Source: a virus
Taxonomy: Duplodnaviria; Caudoviricetes
DNA: 64,000 nt
Strand: one strand, 5' to 3'
Virus record (IMG/VR): IMGVR_UViG_3300005805_000072
Location: 12,953 to 76,952 of that record
In this document: one piece after another, positions 20,610-30,799 of the stretch
Position numbering within the stretch: the stretch's first letter is position 1
Layout of the letters: every line of letters begins with the position of its first letter
Notes under the pieces: model-generated
Database searches by the model: none
Told to the model about the DNA's origin: nothing
Seen by the model: the letters and a program-made list of their open reading frames with translations, nothing else
Program-made: the position numbers and the translations under genes

Positions 20610-21644
20610 ATGCCCACGGGACTAGGAACAGCAACTTCAGGTGGAAATGGATCTTCCAGCGGAGGACAACCGGGTGATCCAACCGATTCGGGAACCGATG
20701 TCGGAAATGGCTCACAGGAGAGCGGTGGAACCACCGTGATATCCACGGGTAACGGTCCAACTACTGGATATTCATATGATGTGATCAACATCTATGGTGG
20801 GGTTGGAAGTGCATATCTTGCTCTCAATAACTCCAATGTGTCATGCAACTCCTCGGTGGGCGTGTTCAATCGAAACAATACATTTGCAGCAATCAATACA
20901 TCAACTGGAAACTTCTCCAACTGCTGTTCTTATGCAGCAAATCAGGGATTCATTGCATATGATTCCTCCAAGGTCGCCACCTATTTTTGCACGGCAACAC
21001 TATCTGCAAGCAACTATCGCTGCATAGCAGCATCCTCTCTTTACTGCAATCTTTCTGCCTCGGTCTTCCCAATAATCTATGGAACATATGTCTCCAACAC
21101 ATCGTCATTTGTGTCCAATGAATACGAGACTATGACGATGATTTTTGCATCAAATGCACCAACACCAACACACTTCAGAAGCGCACAGAACTCTTTCTGC
21201 ACAAACAACTCAAATAGCCTAACAACAAAGACAACAGCAGGTCTGTCTGGTCCTGTGCTGAACAGCAAGAACATCAGCCTCATATGGTCTCAGATATGGA
21301 GAAATCCGATAACCAATGCAGGATTTCCACTGACCAATCAAACTGGTCAGGGGGTGAATCCTTATAGCACTCCTGCACCAGCAAGTTACAGATATGTCCC
21401 AATGGTTCAATCGGTGGACTATTTCCAACTACCATTTAGTTCTGCAAACGGCAATTTTCGTCCGGGTGAAATTGATACATCTGCTATTGTCACTGTTTAT
21501 TCACAGGGAAGAAACTGCTACACATCTGTAAAATCAACAGTTGATGGTCATATGTTCCCACCGGAGGATGGTAGCGGAGCAATAGCAGCAGACGCCCTTC
21601 AAGGCGTATTTAATGTTACCAGTTTGCTTGCAACACTCACATGA
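20610..21644 (+). CDS. Beta-helix protein, in frame with the preceding ORF
   Basis: Gly/Ser linker then rungs AYLALNNSNVSC, FAAINTSTGNFSNC, GFIAYDSSKVAT; AAGGA 9 nt upstream of the ATG. Confidence 0.65.
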   Translation: MPTGLGTATSGGNGSSSGGQPGDPTDSGTDVGNGSQESGGTTVISTGNGPTTGYSYDVINIYGGVGSAYLALNNSNVSCNSSVGVFNRNNTFAAINTSTGNFSNCCSYAANQGFIAYDSSKVATYFCTATLSASNYRCIAASSLYCNLSASVFPIIYGTYVSNTSSFVSNEYETMTMIFASNAPTPTHFRSAQNSFCTNNSNSLTTKTTAGLSGPVLNSKNISLIWSQIWRNPITNAGFPLTNQTGQGVNPYSTPAPASYRYVPMVQSVDYFQLPFSSANGNFRPGEIDTSAIVTVYSQGRNCYTSVKSTVDGHMFPPEDGSGAIAADALQGVFNVTSLLATLT

Positions 21645-21662
21645 GATTAGGGGAAAGTAAAA

Positions 21663-23636
21663 ATGGGATATAGGCTCTGCACATTCGATCAAACTGGCAA
21701 GTTGACCTCGGTATCACCAATGTCGGTAGACAGCAACATCGACATGGTTTTTCCCTTTGTTGGTTTGAATCCTGGCACATATTCTTTTGTGGATGATTCG
21801 ATATTGTCGGCAGAAGCGATAGACAATCTTGGGGACAACTCAGAGGTTCTCACCATCAATGATGGAGCAGATGTCAGGACACGAAATCCATCGGTTAGAT
21901 CCCTCTATGATCCCAGAGTTGATGTCACCTTGTTCATGCCAAATCCACTGCCTTATTTCGTTCGTGGGACAAATATCATACAGGATCTCACAAAAGTCAC
22001 AGCAGTTGGAAATGTTATAGCCCCCGAAACCAAGCCTATTCATAGCGATACCGTTTACAAGTTTCCACCATGCTCGGGCAAATTCACCAAAAGCAGCATA
22101 GGATATACGGGTGGATATCTCTATATCACAAACCTCTCCAAGTTGGCAAGAGTTGGGGGATATACTGCTCCACACAACAATATCGGAGTTGGACTCACAT
22201 ATTCATGGGCAGTGGAGTTGTTCTTCTATCCAACAGGAACGGGATCTAACTTTACTCTATTGCAGAAGGGAAGATCGGGAACTGCGGCTAACTGGAAATT
22301 AGGATATGACAATTCGGCTGGACAACTTCAGTTTGCATGGCAATCATATGGTAACACAAGTGGCTACAACTACACTCAGAATATAGTCAGCACCGCAGGA
22401 ATGACTGTGAATACATGGCATCATGTTGCCGTTGCAATGGTTAGAAATGGAGCGGGTGTCTGCTATCAGATGTCTGGTTATTTCAATGGAGTCAACAGGT
22501 TCTCTTTGGGAGTGACTGCTAGTACCACACCCGAAGTCCGCTATGATCATGGTCTATATGTCGGCAACACTCCAGAAGGAACCGAGTCATTTAGTGGATA
22601 CATTGACTCAATCAGAATATTGGAATCTCCGGGTACAGGTGGTTTGTTCGGACCAAGCGGTTATGGCTTCCTTCCATTCGGAGGAGGAACGCTCGGAGTT
22701 CCCACCTTATCAGGATTCACTCGTTCATCACAAACCGCTGCAATACTGAACTTTAACAACCTTCCCAACAGTACCGATTTCTATGTCGAAAGCCTCGACT
22801 TCATCAGTGGTGTGGTCTCCACTATCAAAAATCTCACACTTGATGCAACTGGTGTCACTGGCTATGAAATTGCTGAAGTTGGAGTCAAAGATGTCGTGAG
22901 GTGGACGATTGGATATACGGCAGGAGCAACGGGTTATTCGGATCCAACGGGATTCACCACAAACTATGGAGCAATATGTAACCCGTTTGTGGACACAACT
23001 TCTCAAGGAAGCACAGTAAACAATCATGGGTATGACTATGCATTCTCACTGAGTGGAGTATATGATAACAATCCATCATTGAATGTCTATCAGGTCAACT
23101 ATAGGAATGATCTGAGATATGATTTTGGTCTTGAGATTCTCACCATGATCGAAGGAATTGCAGGAAACACTGGATCATCTGGATCGATATTTGCTCCTCA
23201 GTTCGGAAAAAATCCATTCTACAGGCTGTTCAATGGAGCAACCGGTGCGTGTGGAAATTGCTATGGAGTCGGATTGGCACACAATTCACTCTTCATAAAT
23301 CCAGCGGATAACACCACCATGAATTACATAATGAACAACGGATATCTTGTTACGCAGGGAATATGCTCTGCAAGTTATTCATTCAAGGATGGAAGAGGTC
23401 TTACAAGGAACCTGACCGCAACCGACATAAGCAATTTGCGCTTTGACATAATGGAGTATCAGAACAAGATTGTGACTGGATATAGGGGAGTAAAGGATCA
23501 GATAGAAGCAGCAGCAACACCCACTGAGGTGAAGTTGGCAAGAAAGAACAAGACATACAACAATACCTTTGGTGCCGGACTCGACACAGCAATACTCGGA
23601 CCAAAGGATAGTGGAGGAAGCCTCTCCCTAGAATGA
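21663..23636 (+). CDS. LamG/concanavalin-A-like domain virion protein
   Basis: WAVELFFYP...WKLGY...TWHHVAVAMVRNG...YFNGV...LYVGN...FSGYIDSIRI. Confidence 0.8.
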   Translation: MGYRLCTFDQTGKLTSVSPMSVDSNIDMVFPFVGLNPGTYSFVDDSILSAEAIDNLGDNSEVLTINDGADVRTRNPSVRSLYDPRVDVTLFMPNPLPYFVRGTNIIQDLTKVTAVGNVIAPETKPIHSDTVYKFPPCSGKFTKSSIGYTGGYLYITNLSKLARVGGYTAPHNNIGVGLTYSWAVELFFYPTGTGSNFTLLQKGRSGTAANWKLGYDNSAGQLQFAWQSYGNTSGYNYTQNIVSTAGMTVNTWHHVAVAMVRNGAGVCYQMSGYFNGVNRFSLGVTASTTPEVRYDHGLYVGNTPEGTESFSGYIDSIRILESPGTGGLFGPSGYGFLPFGGGTLGVPTLSGFTRSSQTAAILNFNNLPNSTDFYVESLDFISGVVSTIKNLTLDATGVTGYEIAEVGVKDVVRWTIGYTAGATGYSDPTGFTTNYGAICNPFVDTTSQGSTVNNHGYDYAFSLSGVYDNNPSLNVYQVNYRNDLRYDFGLEILTMIEGIAGNTGSSGSIFAPQFGKNPFYRLFNGATGACGNCYGVGLAHNSLFINPADNTTMNYIMNNGYLVTQGICSASYSFKDGRGLTRNLTATDISNLRFDIMEYQNKIVTGYRGVKDQIEAAATPTEVKLARKNKTYNNTFGAGLDTAILGPKDSGGSLSLE

Positions 23637-23920
23637 GAAACTTTCGCAGATCAGGTGATGTATTGTTCGTGAATGGAGAGCAGTTTGCTCTATCTGATCT
23701 CCTAATGCTATACCCCGATTATAGTCATGTTGACAAGCAGATTCACTATTATGATGGGAAAAAGCACTATGTCTCGGACGGCGTCAATCAGCGGGGATGT
23801 CCCATTCCATATCCGCTCGCAGAGGAACTTTCAACTCGCTTGCCAGAACTAAGAATGTGCAAGAGCCAGCGTATCAACGACCATAAGTATTTTGAGAATC
23901 TTCGTAATGCAGGGAGGTAA
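23633..23920 (+). CDS. Hypothetical protein
   Basis: 95-aa ORF coupled (ATGA) to the LamG gene and abutting gp13. Confidence 0.6.
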   Translation: MRNFRRSGDVLFVNGEQFALSDLLMLYPDYSHVDKQIHYYDGKKHYVSDGVNQRGCPIPYPLAEELSTRLPELRMCKSQRINDHKYFENLRNAGR

Positions 23921-23922
23921 AA

Positions 23923-24693
23923 ATGGCAATCGCTTCAAGAGAAGATCTCAAGGACTATGCACTTCGCAGGCTCGGCTTTCCCGTCATCGAAATCAATGTC
24001 GATGATGCTCAGGTCGAAGACCGTATTGACGATGCATTGCAGTTCTTTTCACAGTACCATTTCGATGGTATTGAACGAGCATACCTCCCTTATGTCATAA
24101 CGCAGAATGACATAACCAACAAGTACATAGACACGAACCAAATCCCCACAGGTTCAAGCGGTGGTGAGATTGTAACTATCACAAAGGTTCATGTCATCAA
24201 TCAGGCAATGCAGGGCGGTATGTTCAGCGTTCAGTACCAACTGATGTTGAACGACTATTTCAATGGATTCCTCACCGGTACATCCAACCTCAACTACTAT
24301 GACACAACGAAGCAGTATCTATCCTTGCTACAGTTGATCCTCAATCCCGACAAGAATGTGGAGTTCAGCAGAGTCACGAACAAACTGAAACTCGAAACGG
24401 ATTGGTCTGTGACTTTCAATGTCGGGGACAAAATATTGGTCGAGGCATTTGTTGCCTTGAATCCAGAAACCTACCCCGAAATATACAATGACATTCTGCT
24501 GAAGAAGTATGTTACCGCTATGATAAAGAGACAGTGGGCTGCAAACCTCAGCAAGTTCTCCAACATCCCCCTTCCTGGTGGGGCAAAGTTCGATGCTGCC
24601 ACCATGTATACCGATGCTGTCACCGAACTAAATCAGATAGAGGATACCGTTCAGAGCAAGTATGAACTTCCTGTTGATTTCATGGTGGGCTGA
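23923..24693 (+). CDS. gp13: Neck protein gp13
   Basis: SREDLKDYALRRLGFPVIEINVDDAQVEDRIDDALQFFSQYHFDG; KRQWAANLSKF..IPLPGG. Confidence 0.93.
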   Translation: MAIASREDLKDYALRRLGFPVIEINVDDAQVEDRIDDALQFFSQYHFDGIERAYLPYVITQNDITNKYIDTNQIPTGSSGGEIVTITKVHVINQAMQGGMFSVQYQLMLNDYFNGFLTGTSNLNYYDTTKQYLSLLQLILNPDKNVEFSRVTNKLKLETDWSVTFNVGDKILVEAFVALNPETYPEIYNDILLKKYVTAMIKRQWAANLSKFSNIPLPGGAKFDAATMYTDAVTELNQIEDTVQSKYELPVDFMVG

Positions 24694-25547
24694 TGGCACG
24701 GAACAACTATTTCAAAGTCTCCTCTCGCGAATCTAACCTCTTCGATCAACTCGTCCGCGAGCAGATCAAGATCTATGGGTTCGATGTCCACTATATCTTT
24801 CGCAAGTTTCAGAATCTTGATGCTCTATTCGGAGAAGATCCTACTTCCAAGTTCGACAAGAGTTTTCAGATTGAAATGTTCGTCAGCAACTATGAGTTCT
24901 TTGAATCTCTCGGAAGAGTGATTGACAAGTTTGGAATAAACCTACAGGACTCCGTTACCCTCATGGTTTCCAAGAACAGGTTCAGCGAGGAAAGCATCAA
25001 GTATGGAACCGATTTGCTTCCACAAGAAGGCGATCTCATTTACTTTCCCGAATATGGTGGTCTGTTTGAAATCAAGTTCGTCAATGCAAGAAACTCGTTC
25101 TTTGCCTACGAACTGTCCTGTGATCGCTTCCGCTACTCGGCAGAGCAGATCGACACGGAGATTGCGGAAGTCGATCAGATCGAAGAGAATCTCATCACGC
25201 CTATAAACTCCTATACTCTTGCAACCACTGGTGTCACATTCTACGAAGGTGAGAAGATATACCAAGGTGCAAGCCTTGGAAGCAGCACATATAGTGGCGT
25301 GGTGGTCAACTTCGACTCTGTGACGAATACAGTCAAGGTGCGCTCTGAGGTTGGAACAGCATCGTCCATCCTTCCCTTGCGCGGCGATAGTTCGAATACA
25401 GTGGTGTTCTATGACAACAAGGATGAAACCGAAGAGAACTACATCGAATCGAACAATGATGATACAAATGTAATCGAACTTGAGAGGGCAGAAAAAGACT
25501 TGATCGATTTCAGCGATAAAGATCCCTTCTCGGAGGGCAACTACTGA
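24693..25547 (+). CDS. gp14: Neck protein gp14
   Basis: LVREQIKIYGFDVHYI; LFGEDPTSKF; PQEGDLIYFP; DFSDKDPFSE. Confidence 0.92.
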   Translation: MARNNYFKVSSRESNLFDQLVREQIKIYGFDVHYIFRKFQNLDALFGEDPTSKFDKSFQIEMFVSNYEFFESLGRVIDKFGINLQDSVTLMVSKNRFSEESIKYGTDLLPQEGDLIYFPEYGGLFEIKFVNARNSFFAYELSCDRFRYSAEQIDTEIAEVDQIEENLITPINSYTLATTGVTFYEGEKIYQGASLGSSTYSGVVVNFDSVTNTVKVRSEVGTASSILPLRGDSSNTVVFYDNKDETEENYIESNNDDTNVIELERAEKDLIDFSDKDPFSEGNY

Positions 25548-26203
25548 TGTTTGACTACTTCTACAACGGAAGCATACGGAAACTTGTCGTTGGATTCGGC
25601 TCCCTGTTCAATGAGATATACATCTCAAGAAACCTACCCGAAGGGATCGTCAAGAAGATAAAGGTTCCAATCTCATACGGTCCAAAGGAAAAGTTCTACA
25701 GGAAGATAGTGGAACTTGATGAGGGTGGAGACAGGAATGCCGTGGAGAACATCCTTCCCCGCATAGGCTTTGAGATAACATCGATGACCTATGATGGAAG
25801 CAGAAAGTTGAACAGCCTCAATCGTTCATATACAAACAGAAACGAAGCAAATCAAACCATGTCGTATTCATACAATGAGGTTCCATACAACTTTGAGTTT
25901 AACCTGCATGTCATGGCTAGAAACATTGAGGATGGATATCAGATAGTGGAGCAGATACTTCCTTATTTCACACCCGATTTCACGATAACGATGAACTTCA
26001 CTGAAATCGACAAAAAGGTTGATGTTCCAATCATTTTGAATTCGGTTGTTCCAACCGACGAGTTTGAGGGAGACATGATGACGCGAAGGTTGCTCACTCA
26101 TACTTTCTCGTTCACCGCAAAGTCATACATCTTCAGCAAGATAACTACATCGGGTCTAATCCGTGAGATCAAACTCACCTTTCAGGAATTGGTGGATGAC
26201 TGA
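25547..26203 (+). CDS. gp15: Tail sheath stabiliser/terminator gp15
   Basis: YFYNGSIRKLVVGFGSLFN; KVPISYGPKEKF; LPRIGFE; QIVEQILPYFTP. Confidence 0.93.
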   Translation: MFDYFYNGSIRKLVVGFGSLFNEIYISRNLPEGIVKKIKVPISYGPKEKFYRKIVELDEGGDRNAVENILPRIGFEITSMTYDGSRKLNSLNRSYTNRNEANQTMSYSYNEVPYNFEFNLHVMARNIEDGYQIVEQILPYFTPDFTITMNFTEIDKKVDVPIILNSVVPTDEFEGDMMTRRLLTHTFSFTAKSYIFSKITTSGLIREIKLTFQELVDD

Positions 26204-28614
26204 TGACAGGCGAACAGAACCTAGATGGCTTTCTCTCAAACTACCGCATCATCACTGAAACTGTTGAAGCGTATGATATAACCACAGAGAGAACCTACAA
26301 TGTGGTCAACATATCACTTGAGCAGAAGAAGCAGAAACCAAAGGTATATTTCACCCGTGGTGCTGTTCCATATCTCTGTCCAACAGAAAACAACAATGCA
26401 TTTGTATTGGGAATATCTGGTGGCATAACAGCCGATCATGCCAACTTTCTGGCGGGAACGACATACCTCAGAAGCCTTGGCATGGAGATGTTCTATGATC
26501 TCAACGAGGTCAGGGATGCTGAATACGGAACCGTAAAATACACTCCAGGTCAGCAGAACATGTACGGAGCATTCAAGGTTCTATTTGACAACTACAGGGT
26601 TCTATCCGAATATCCCGTCTTCTACAGCATCACGGGTGCAAATGATCCTTACCCAGTATCCTCCTTCTCAGGTATCACTGAGAGAGGAGCATCGGCTGGT
26701 TGCTATACCCTTGTGAACTTCGGGGGAACGATCACACCATTTCAGTTGATGTTCAATGCATCGTCATTGGGCATATCCCACAACAATGGTCTTCCCACGG
26801 GAACGGGTGGCAATCCCCTCTACTTCGGTCTTCCGATATATCAGGGAGTAACTGCCGCAATCAAATCAATGTATTTCACTCCAAACATACATGCATCGTT
26901 GATACGAAACATCACTTTGCTTGGTTCCTATGGAGTGACATTCGTTGGCTATCTAGCCAACTTAAATCCATATCAGCAGTTCATCAAGTTTGCCGATGAT
27001 GATTTCCAAGACACACAGACTAATCTGGTCGCTAGGTATCTTGGAAGCACGGGTAATCCTGCATGGATTTCTGAACTGAAAAGATTCGCTGGTTCCACTG
27101 CTCTTGCATACAACTTGATTGGCTATGAACTATCAAAGGATTTCATCGATAGGTTCATGCAAGAAATCAAACTCTATCCTGCCAAGTATGGCATGGGTAG
27201 AAACTCATACAACATAGGTCATCTATACCTACCCTATGCGACTGAGATTCTTGGTTGGTCTGCATTGATACCTACGCCAGGAGTTGCAACCGATGCAACT
27301 GGTCCTTATGCTCCTGCTGGAGACTACTATGTGACTCGTCTTGCGGGATTGACCGTTTATCCTGCACCATCTGGATACACCTACAGTGTGGGAGTATCGG
27401 GATGGCAGACCTATCGCTATGCAACTGGTCTGACCACACAATATTTCAATGACTATTTCATGCTTGGCGGTCCCTCTGCGGCAGCATCGGCAACATACGA
27501 GGCATCAAGAATACTCCCTGTTAATATACTGACTTACTTCCAAGACACAGCGGCAGGACTTGGTCCTGATGGCAAGACGATGGATTTTCTTCATTCATAT
27601 TACTATGATCTCTATCAGGAGACGGTAAAGTACGGTGGTTATCTCTATGCAAATGTATACCCAATCAACTTCATTCCAAGATTCAATCCATTGATACCCG
27701 TTCAGAATGTGGGAACATATTCAGCCTTGAACACACGGGCAAGACGCGATTGCACGATCCATCCTGATTTCGGTATTACATCGAACGAGAGAAAGTACAA
27801 TCTGAAGCAGTCAATGGCAGCGACCATTAAGGCAGCAACCAGAACCTGGAAGTTGATGCTCGACAATGTTCAAAAATACAACTATCGAATCATGCCTGTG
27901 ATTCGTGGAAGGAGCGAGGATCTAGACTTGACTCGCGGTGGTTCTGTCCCGTATTCGCCAAGCGATTTTGTTCAGTACATAATAGAACCGCTGTTCTCTG
28001 GCGATGTTCCTGCAAATGGATTCATCTTCGTGGACGATGTTCATGAGAGACTGTTGAACGACTTCTACTATGGAAACATCGGAAGATCGGCAGCAGAGTA
28101 TTCTGCTGTCATAACCAACGGAGGTGTATCGGGAGCCAGCATACCGACATCATTCATCCGTGGGCTTGAGACATACTTCTTCAATCTTGAGGAACTACAA
28201 GATAACATGTCTTATAGAGGCTATCTTGTTGATCTTGGTCTCACGATGGCAAACGACAACCTTAATGAATACTCCACCGTTTTGAACTCAGGAAGATTCA
28301 GTGATTACAGGGTCTTTGAATCAAACACCTCACCATATGGAGGAAACACTCAAATCCCATATGGAAATACCTACGAATTCAGATGGTATCTTGTTCCATT
28401 GAGATCCGATTGCATTATGAGTACGAATCAAGAACTTCGCAGCAGATGGTTATCTAGTACAAACAACAACATTGATACAGCCTATCGAATCATGCGAGAT
28501 GCATATTTTGAACTGACGAAGCAGCAACTTGCTGCCGCATATGCATATTTCAACAGTTCGAACATAACTACATTTGTAGAGTACAGGGCTACTGATAAAG
28601 CGATTGGAAGGTAG
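26203..28614 (+). CDS. Hypothetical 803-aa Tyr/Gly-rich protein
   Basis: Long uninterrupted ORF coupled to gp15 (TGATG); no recognised family. Confidence 0.75.
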   Translation: MTGEQNLDGFLSNYRIITETVEAYDITTERTYNVVNISLEQKKQKPKVYFTRGAVPYLCPTENNNAFVLGISGGITADHANFLAGTTYLRSLGMEMFYDLNEVRDAEYGTVKYTPGQQNMYGAFKVLFDNYRVLSEYPVFYSITGANDPYPVSSFSGITERGASAGCYTLVNFGGTITPFQLMFNASSLGISHNNGLPTGTGGNPLYFGLPIYQGVTAAIKSMYFTPNIHASLIRNITLLGSYGVTFVGYLANLNPYQQFIKFADDDFQDTQTNLVARYLGSTGNPAWISELKRFAGSTALAYNLIGYELSKDFIDRFMQEIKLYPAKYGMGRNSYNIGHLYLPYATEILGWSALIPTPGVATDATGPYAPAGDYYVTRLAGLTVYPAPSGYTYSVGVSGWQTYRYATGLTTQYFNDYFMLGGPSAAASATYEASRILPVNILTYFQDTAAGLGPDGKTMDFLHSYYYDLYQETVKYGGYLYANVYPINFIPRFNPLIPVQNVGTYSALNTRARRDCTIHPDFGITSNERKYNLKQSMAATIKAATRTWKLMLDNVQKYNYRIMPVIRGRSEDLDLTRGGSVPYSPSDFVQYIIEPLFSGDVPANGFIFVDDVHERLLNDFYYGNIGRSAAEYSAVITNGGVSGASIPTSFIRGLETYFFNLEELQDNMSYRGYLVDLGLTMANDNLNEYSTVLNSGRFSDYRVFESNTSPYGGNTQIPYGNTYEFRWYLVPLRSDCIMSTNQELRSRWLSSTNNNIDTAYRIMRDAYFELTKQQLAAAYAYFNSSNITTFVEYRATDKAIGR

Positions 28615-28619
28615 ATATC

Positions 28620-29099
28620 ATGAGCAAGATGGATGAAAATCTTTCGGAGATTCTCAATATGGATCCCGAGCCGAAGCCCCTTGCAGTCAAGCCACCGAAT
28701 GCCATTGAGGTCAAGGTGGACATGGACGATGCAGACAAGGACTTTCAGAAGGCTAGGGAAAACCTCAAGGAACTTGTCAACCTTGGATTCCAAGCAATTG
28801 ATGGAGTCCTAAAGGTTGCAAGCGAGGGAGATTCTCCCCGTGCCTATGAAGTGGTCGCGCAGATGATCAAGGCAGTAGCCGAGACGAACAAAGATCTCGT
28901 TGAACTGCATCAGCGCATGAAGACCATCAAGCAGGACAAGTACGAGCAGAAGACCGTCAACAATACGACGAATGCCATCTTTCTTGGCTCAACCAAGGAA
29001 CTACAGGAACTCATCAATCCCAAGCGTAGTTTTGCAAAGGCAATGACCGAGACTACTGCGATCATAGATGAATCGAAGAAGATGCTCGAAAATGGCTGA
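28620..29099 (+). CDS. gp16: Terminase small subunit
   Basis: DADKDFQKARENL...SPRAYEVVAQMIKAVAETNKDL...NNTTNAIFLGSTKELQELI; directly upstream of gp17. Confidence 0.85.
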   Translation: MSKMDENLSEILNMDPEPKPLAVKPPNAIEVKVDMDDADKDFQKARENLKELVNLGFQAIDGVLKVASEGDSPRAYEVVAQMIKAVAETNKDLVELHQRMKTIKQDKYEQKTVNNTTNAIFLGSTKELQELINPKRSFAKAMTETTAIIDESKKMLENG

Positions 29100-30750
29100 A
29101 GACAAGACATCCAAAAACTATCTCGGCAACCCAAACCTCAAGGCAACCGATGTCAAGATCAACTGGACAAAGGAACAACTTGAGGAGTATGCCCATTGTG
29201 CAAGAGATCCGATCTATTTCATTCAGAAGTATGTGAAGATCATCTCCCTTGATAAGGGTCTTGTTCCTTTTGAACTTTATGACTTTCAAGAGGAGATGGT
29301 GAGGACAATTCATAGCAACAGGTTCGTCATTGCCAAGTTGCCCCGTCAGAGCGGCAAGTCCACCACGGTCACAGCATACATGCTGCATTACATCCTGTTC
29401 AATCAGAGCGTGAATGTAGCCATACTAGCCAACAAACTCAGCACGGCTAGGGAACTATTGTCACGCCTCAAGTTGGCATACGAGTATCTTCCCAAGTGGT
29501 TGCAGCAAGGTGTACTTGAATGGAACAAGGGATCGATTCAACTTGAGAACGGTTCAAAGGTTCTTGCTTCAGCAACATCCTCTAGTGCCGTCCGTGGTGG
29601 ATCTTTCAACATGATCTTCCTTGACGAGTTTGCCTATGTTCCTCAGAATGTGGCAGAGGAGTTCTTCTCCTCCGTCTATCCCACCATCTCGTCGGGTCAG
29701 GAAACGAAGGTATTCATAGTCTCGACTCCACACGGTATGAATCTGTACTATAAGTTGTGGACGGATGCATCGAATGGAAGAAACTCATACATTCCAATCG
29801 ATGTCCATTGGTCGGATGTTCCTGGCAGGGATGAGAAGTGGAAACAGGAGACGATTGCAAATACCTCGGAGGAACAGTTCCGCACAGAGTTTGAGTGTGA
29901 CTTTGTCGGCTCGGTTCATACTCTGATAGCACCTTCCAAGTTGAAGACCCTTGCATATGTGGATCCCGTCTTCAAGAACGGAGAAGGGTTCAAGGTCTAT
30001 GCCAAGCCAGAGGAAAAGCATATCTACGTCATAACCGTCGATGTCTCTCGCGGTACGGGTCAGGACTATTCAGCATTCAGCATTGTAGACATCACTACCG
30101 CTCCATACAAACTAGTAGCCACTTTCAGAAACAATACCATGTCCCCGATGGTCTTTCCAAATGCCATCCATGTTGCCGCAAAGCAATACAACAATGCCCA
30201 TGTGCTTGTCGAGGTCAATGACATGGGTGGACAGGTAGCGGACATACTGCACAGTGAACTTGAGTACGAGAACCTGTTGTCTTCCACCATGCGTGGCAGG
30301 AAAGGTCAGGTTCTTGACGGAGGATTTGGCTCAGGCACTAGTCAGTTTGGTGTAAGGACAACCGAAGTGGTAAAGAGGTCTGGTTGCTCCATCCTCAAGT
30401 CCCTTGTGGAGTCGGACAGGCTGCTGATACAGGATTTCGATGTCATAAAAGAACTGTTTGCTTTTGTTGCCAAGAAGAACTCGTTTGAAGCCGAGACGGG
30501 ATACAACGATGACTTGGTGATGACGCTCGTACTATTCGGGTGGCTATCCACCCAACCATACTTCAAGGATCTTTCCTCCTTGGACATCCGAAAAGACATC
30601 TATCAGGACACGATCAGTAAACTTGAAGACGAGATGACCCCCTTTGGATTTGTGGATGACGGAATAGATGAACCCGTTCCCGAGAAGACCGAGATGGACG
30701 GAGCAGCATGGTGGAAAGATAGGGAAGCGGAAAAATTTGGTTGGTATTGA
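29092..30750 (+). CDS. gp17: Terminase large subunit (start moved to ATG 29092)
   Basis: YLGNPNLK; Walker A PRQSGKST; Walker B IFLDEFAY; nuclease TVDVSRG...DDLVM. Confidence 0.97.
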   Translation: MAEDKTSKNYLGNPNLKATDVKINWTKEQLEEYAHCARDPIYFIQKYVKIISLDKGLVPFELYDFQEEMVRTIHSNRFVIAKLPRQSGKSTTVTAYMLHYILFNQSVNVAILANKLSTARELLSRLKLAYEYLPKWLQQGVLEWNKGSIQLENGSKVLASATSSSAVRGGSFNMIFLDEFAYVPQNVAEEFFSSVYPTISSGQETKVFIVSTPHGMNLYYKLWTDASNGRNSYIPIDVHWSDVPGRDEKWKQETIANTSEEQFRTEFECDFVGSVHTLIAPSKLKTLAYVDPVFKNGEGFKVYAKPEEKHIYVITVDVSRGTGQDYSAFSIVDITTAPYKLVATFRNNTMSPMVFPNAIHVAAKQYNNAHVLVEVNDMGGQVADILHSELEYENLLSSTMRGRKGQVLDGGFGSGTSQFGVRTTEVVKRSGCSILKSLVESDRLLIQDFDVIKELFAFVAKKNSFEAETGYNDDLVMTLVLFGWLSTQPYFKDLSSLDIRKDIYQDTISKLEDEMTPFGFVDDGIDEPVPEKTEMDGAAWWKDREAEKFGWY

Positions 30751-30766
30751 GCAAATACTCAAATTC

Positions 30767-30773
30767 ATACATA
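30767..30773 (+). promoter_or_regulatory. Variant late promoter ATACATA upstream of gp18 copy 1 (same heptamer at 38919-38925 before gp22 and 1697-1703 before gp25)
   Basis: ATACATA recurs in three intergenic gaps before structural genes; one mismatch to ATAAATA. Confidence 0.45.
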
Positions 30774-30799
30774 TGAAGTAGATTCATCGGGAGAAACAA

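Noticed and set aside
29092-30750. Intein or group I intron in terminase (also checked gp43, uvsW and gp46)
   Set aside because: Lengths and motif spacing are canonical; no splicing motifs or homing endonuclease seen.
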